Positions 51,456 through 53,334 of a stretch of DNA of 53,334 nucleotides are shown piece after piece. The notes beneath the pieces are model-generated. The model had not been told where the DNA came from. It saw only the letters and a list, made by a program, of their open reading frames with translations, and ran no database searches. Every line of letters starts with the position of its first letter. Positions within the stretch are counted from its first letter, which is position 1. Both the position numbers and the translations under genes were made by a program. Source of the stretch: Candidatus Velthaea sp. (lineage in GTDB: Bacteria; Vulcanimicrobiota; Vulcanimicrobiia; Vulcanimicrobiales; Vulcanimicrobiaceae); assembly GCA_050012475.1 (NCBI GenBank), contig JBEKHC010000026.1:1-53334 (forward strand). The letters are read 5' to 3'.

Positions 51456-53334
51456 ATGCGGCGCGCTCCGTTCGTCCTTCCGGCTGTGGCGCTGTTGGCC
51501 GGGATCATTGCCGAAGCGCACGGTCTCGCGCCGGCGGCGGCGTGCCTGTGCGCAGGGATCGCCGCGGTCCGGCGCGATGCGGCCGTCGGCGGTCTGCTCG
51601 GCATTCTCCTCGGCTGCGTGCATGGCCATCCGGCGACCGTCGTCCATGAGTTCCGCAGCGCGCGCTATTGCGGAACGGTCGTCGGCGACGTTCGCTCCGA
51701 GAACGGTCTCGTGCTGTTTCCATTCGCGGTCGAGGGACTCGGCACGCTGCGTGCAAGCGGACGCGAACGCGTTCGGTCCGGCGAGCGGCTCACGGTACGA
51801 GCGCGGCTCACTCCGCTGGACGAGCCGCGAAATCCCGGCGAACCCTCACCACGCATGCTTGCCATCGACGACGGCATCAGCGGCGAGCTCGCGATCGAAC
51901 GCATCGTCGCGCGGGCTCAACCGGACTTGCGCGACGCGCGGATTTGGCCCGGCCTCATCCGCGCACGTGCCGCCAGCATCGTGCGCGGTTCTTTGCCGGA
52001 ACCGGCCGCAACCGTGCTGGCGGGCGCGCTGTGGGGCGAGCGCGGAACGTTGCCGCAGAGCGTCCGCGACGACTTTCAGGCAACCGGGACCGTTCACGTC
52101 CTCGTCACCGCGGGCTTGCACCTCGGCGTGATCGCAGCGCTCGCCGGCGCTTGCCTGGCCCGGCTCACCGTGCCGCGCATCGCGGCGTCGCTCACGATTC
52201 TTCCGATCGTTTACGGATACGCGTGGCTGACGGGCTGGCATCTCCCCTCGCAGCGCGCAGCAGCGATGATCGCGATTGCGCTCATCGCGCGAGCCTGCGG
52301 CGCGCGCGCGATCTCGCTGAACACGCTGGCCATTGCCGCGATCGTCGTCGCGGCAAGCTGGCCGGTTGCCGTGCAGAGCGTCTCCTTCGCACTTTCGTTT
52401 TCGTGCGTCGGCGCAATCGTCTTGTTCGCCGATCCCATTGCTGCGTGGCTCACCGCGCAGCGTTGCCCCGAGCCGTTGGCCGAGGCGTTGGCGCTCACCG
52501 TATCGACGCAGATCGGTGTTTGGCCGCTCACCGCGGCGGTGTTCTTTAACGTTGCACCGTACGCCGTGTTCGCCAACGCCGTCGTGGTGCCGCTCGTGGG
52601 CGTGACGATGACGCTGGGACTTGCCGCCGTCATCACGCATCCGGCGGCGATCGTGTCGGCGGTGTTCGCGCGCTGGGACGCATGGCTCTTGGCGTTCATC
52701 TTGAGCGCGACCCACCTCATCGCCGGGCTGCCGGGGGCTCGCTTGACGATGTCGCCGCCGCCGCTGTGGTCGATCGCCGCTTACGATTGCGCAGTCATCG
52801 CCGCTGCGATCCTGCTCCGGCGGCGCCCCGGGGTTGCCGCCGGAACCATCGTGTCGGCTTGCGTGCTCGTCGCCGTCGCCGCAAATGTCCGGCCGCCTCA
52901 GCCGTTTTCGATCGTCGCCCTCGACGTCGGCCAGGGCGACGGGATCGTGATTCGCACACCGCACGGACGCACGATCCTCATCGATACCGGCGGCCGCCTC
53001 GAACGCGGCCCGCTCATCGACGGTCGCTCGCCGGCCGAACGCAGCGCGGAACGAATCGTCATCCCGTATCTGCTACGCGCCGGCATCACGCGGATCGACC
53101 TGATGATTTTAACGCATCCGCATGGCGATCATGTCGGCGCCGCTTCTGCTATCTTGAGTTTCATGCCGGTCGGATGGGTTGCCGATAGCGGGCAGCGCTA
53201 CGGGGGGCACGCATATAACGATGCGCTCGCGGCGGCTCGATTACGCGGCGTGCCAGTCGTCGTGCCAACTTGTCATCAACGGTGGGTCGATGACGAGGTG
53301 CAACTGACGTTTCTCACGCCGTGCGGGGCTCCGT
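51456..53334 (+). CDS. comEC: competence channel ComEC/Rec2 (partial, runs off the window)
   Basis: Frame open from ATG 51456 to the edge; TGTVHVLVTAGLHLG, LDVGQGDG, LIDTGG, LTHPHGDHVG. Confidence 0.93.
   Translation, partial: MRRAPFVLPAVALLAGIIAEAHGLAPAAACLCAGIAAVRRDAAVGGLLGILLGCVHGHPATVVHEFRSARYCGTVVGDVRSENGLVLFPFAVEGLGTLRASGRERVRSGERLTVRARLTPLDEPRNPGEPSPRMLAIDDGISGELAIERIVARAQPDLRDARIWPGLIRARAASIVRGSLPEPAATVLAGALWGERGTLPQSVRDDFQATGTVHVLVTAGLHLGVIAALAGACLARLTVPRIAASLTILPIVYGYAWLTGWHLPSQRAAAMIAIALIARACGARAISLNTLAIAAIVVAASWPVAVQSVSFALSFSCVGAIVLFADPIAAWLTAQRCPEPLAEALALTVSTQIGVWPLTAAVFFNVAPYAVFANAVVVPLVGVTMTLGLAAVITHPAAIVSAVFARWDAWLLAFILSATHLIAGLPGARLTMSPPPLWSIAAYDCAVIAAAILLRRRPGVAAGTIVSACVLVAVAANVRPPQPFSIVALDVGQGDGIVIRTPHGRTILIDTGGRLERGPLIDGRSPAERSAERIVIPYLLRAGITRIDLMILTHPHGDHVGAASAILSFMPVGWVADSGQRYGGHAYNDALAAARLRGVPVVVPTCHQRWVDDEVQLTFLTPCGAP

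Overview
High-GC bacterial chromosomal window. The gene content (outer-membrane porin remnant, TonB-like protein, HrcA/CIRCE site, yqeK-rsfS, RskA) suggests a diderm Terrabacteria lineage such as Eremiobacterota; this is inference only. It is mostly housekeeping and stress genes: cobB, ECF sigma/RskA, typA, glgC-glgA, clpB, trxA, gyrA, tsaE-tsaB-rimI, yqeK-rsfS, leuS, comEA, comEC and two epimerases. I found no tRNA, rRNA, CRISPR array, transposase or phage gene. The items most worth a second look are: (1) two paralogous small Cys/His membrane proteins sandwiching the sirtuin in an operon with a Na+/H+ antiporter, divergent from an ECF sigma factor; (2) a 30-32 bp tandem repeat, a strong hairpin and an unlisted 59-aa ORF in one intergenic gap; (3) a probably leaderless, operator-controlled membrane protein-wHTH-uppS operon; (4) two GAF/PAS-GGDEF-EAL genes with complementary degenerate motifs and a shared sigma28-like promoter motif; (5) conserved genes lacking canonical start codons (rsfS, the antiporter); (6) eroded porin and nicotinamidase pseudogenes; (7) an orphan HiPIP. 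All calls come from reading the sequence by eye; no database searches were run.
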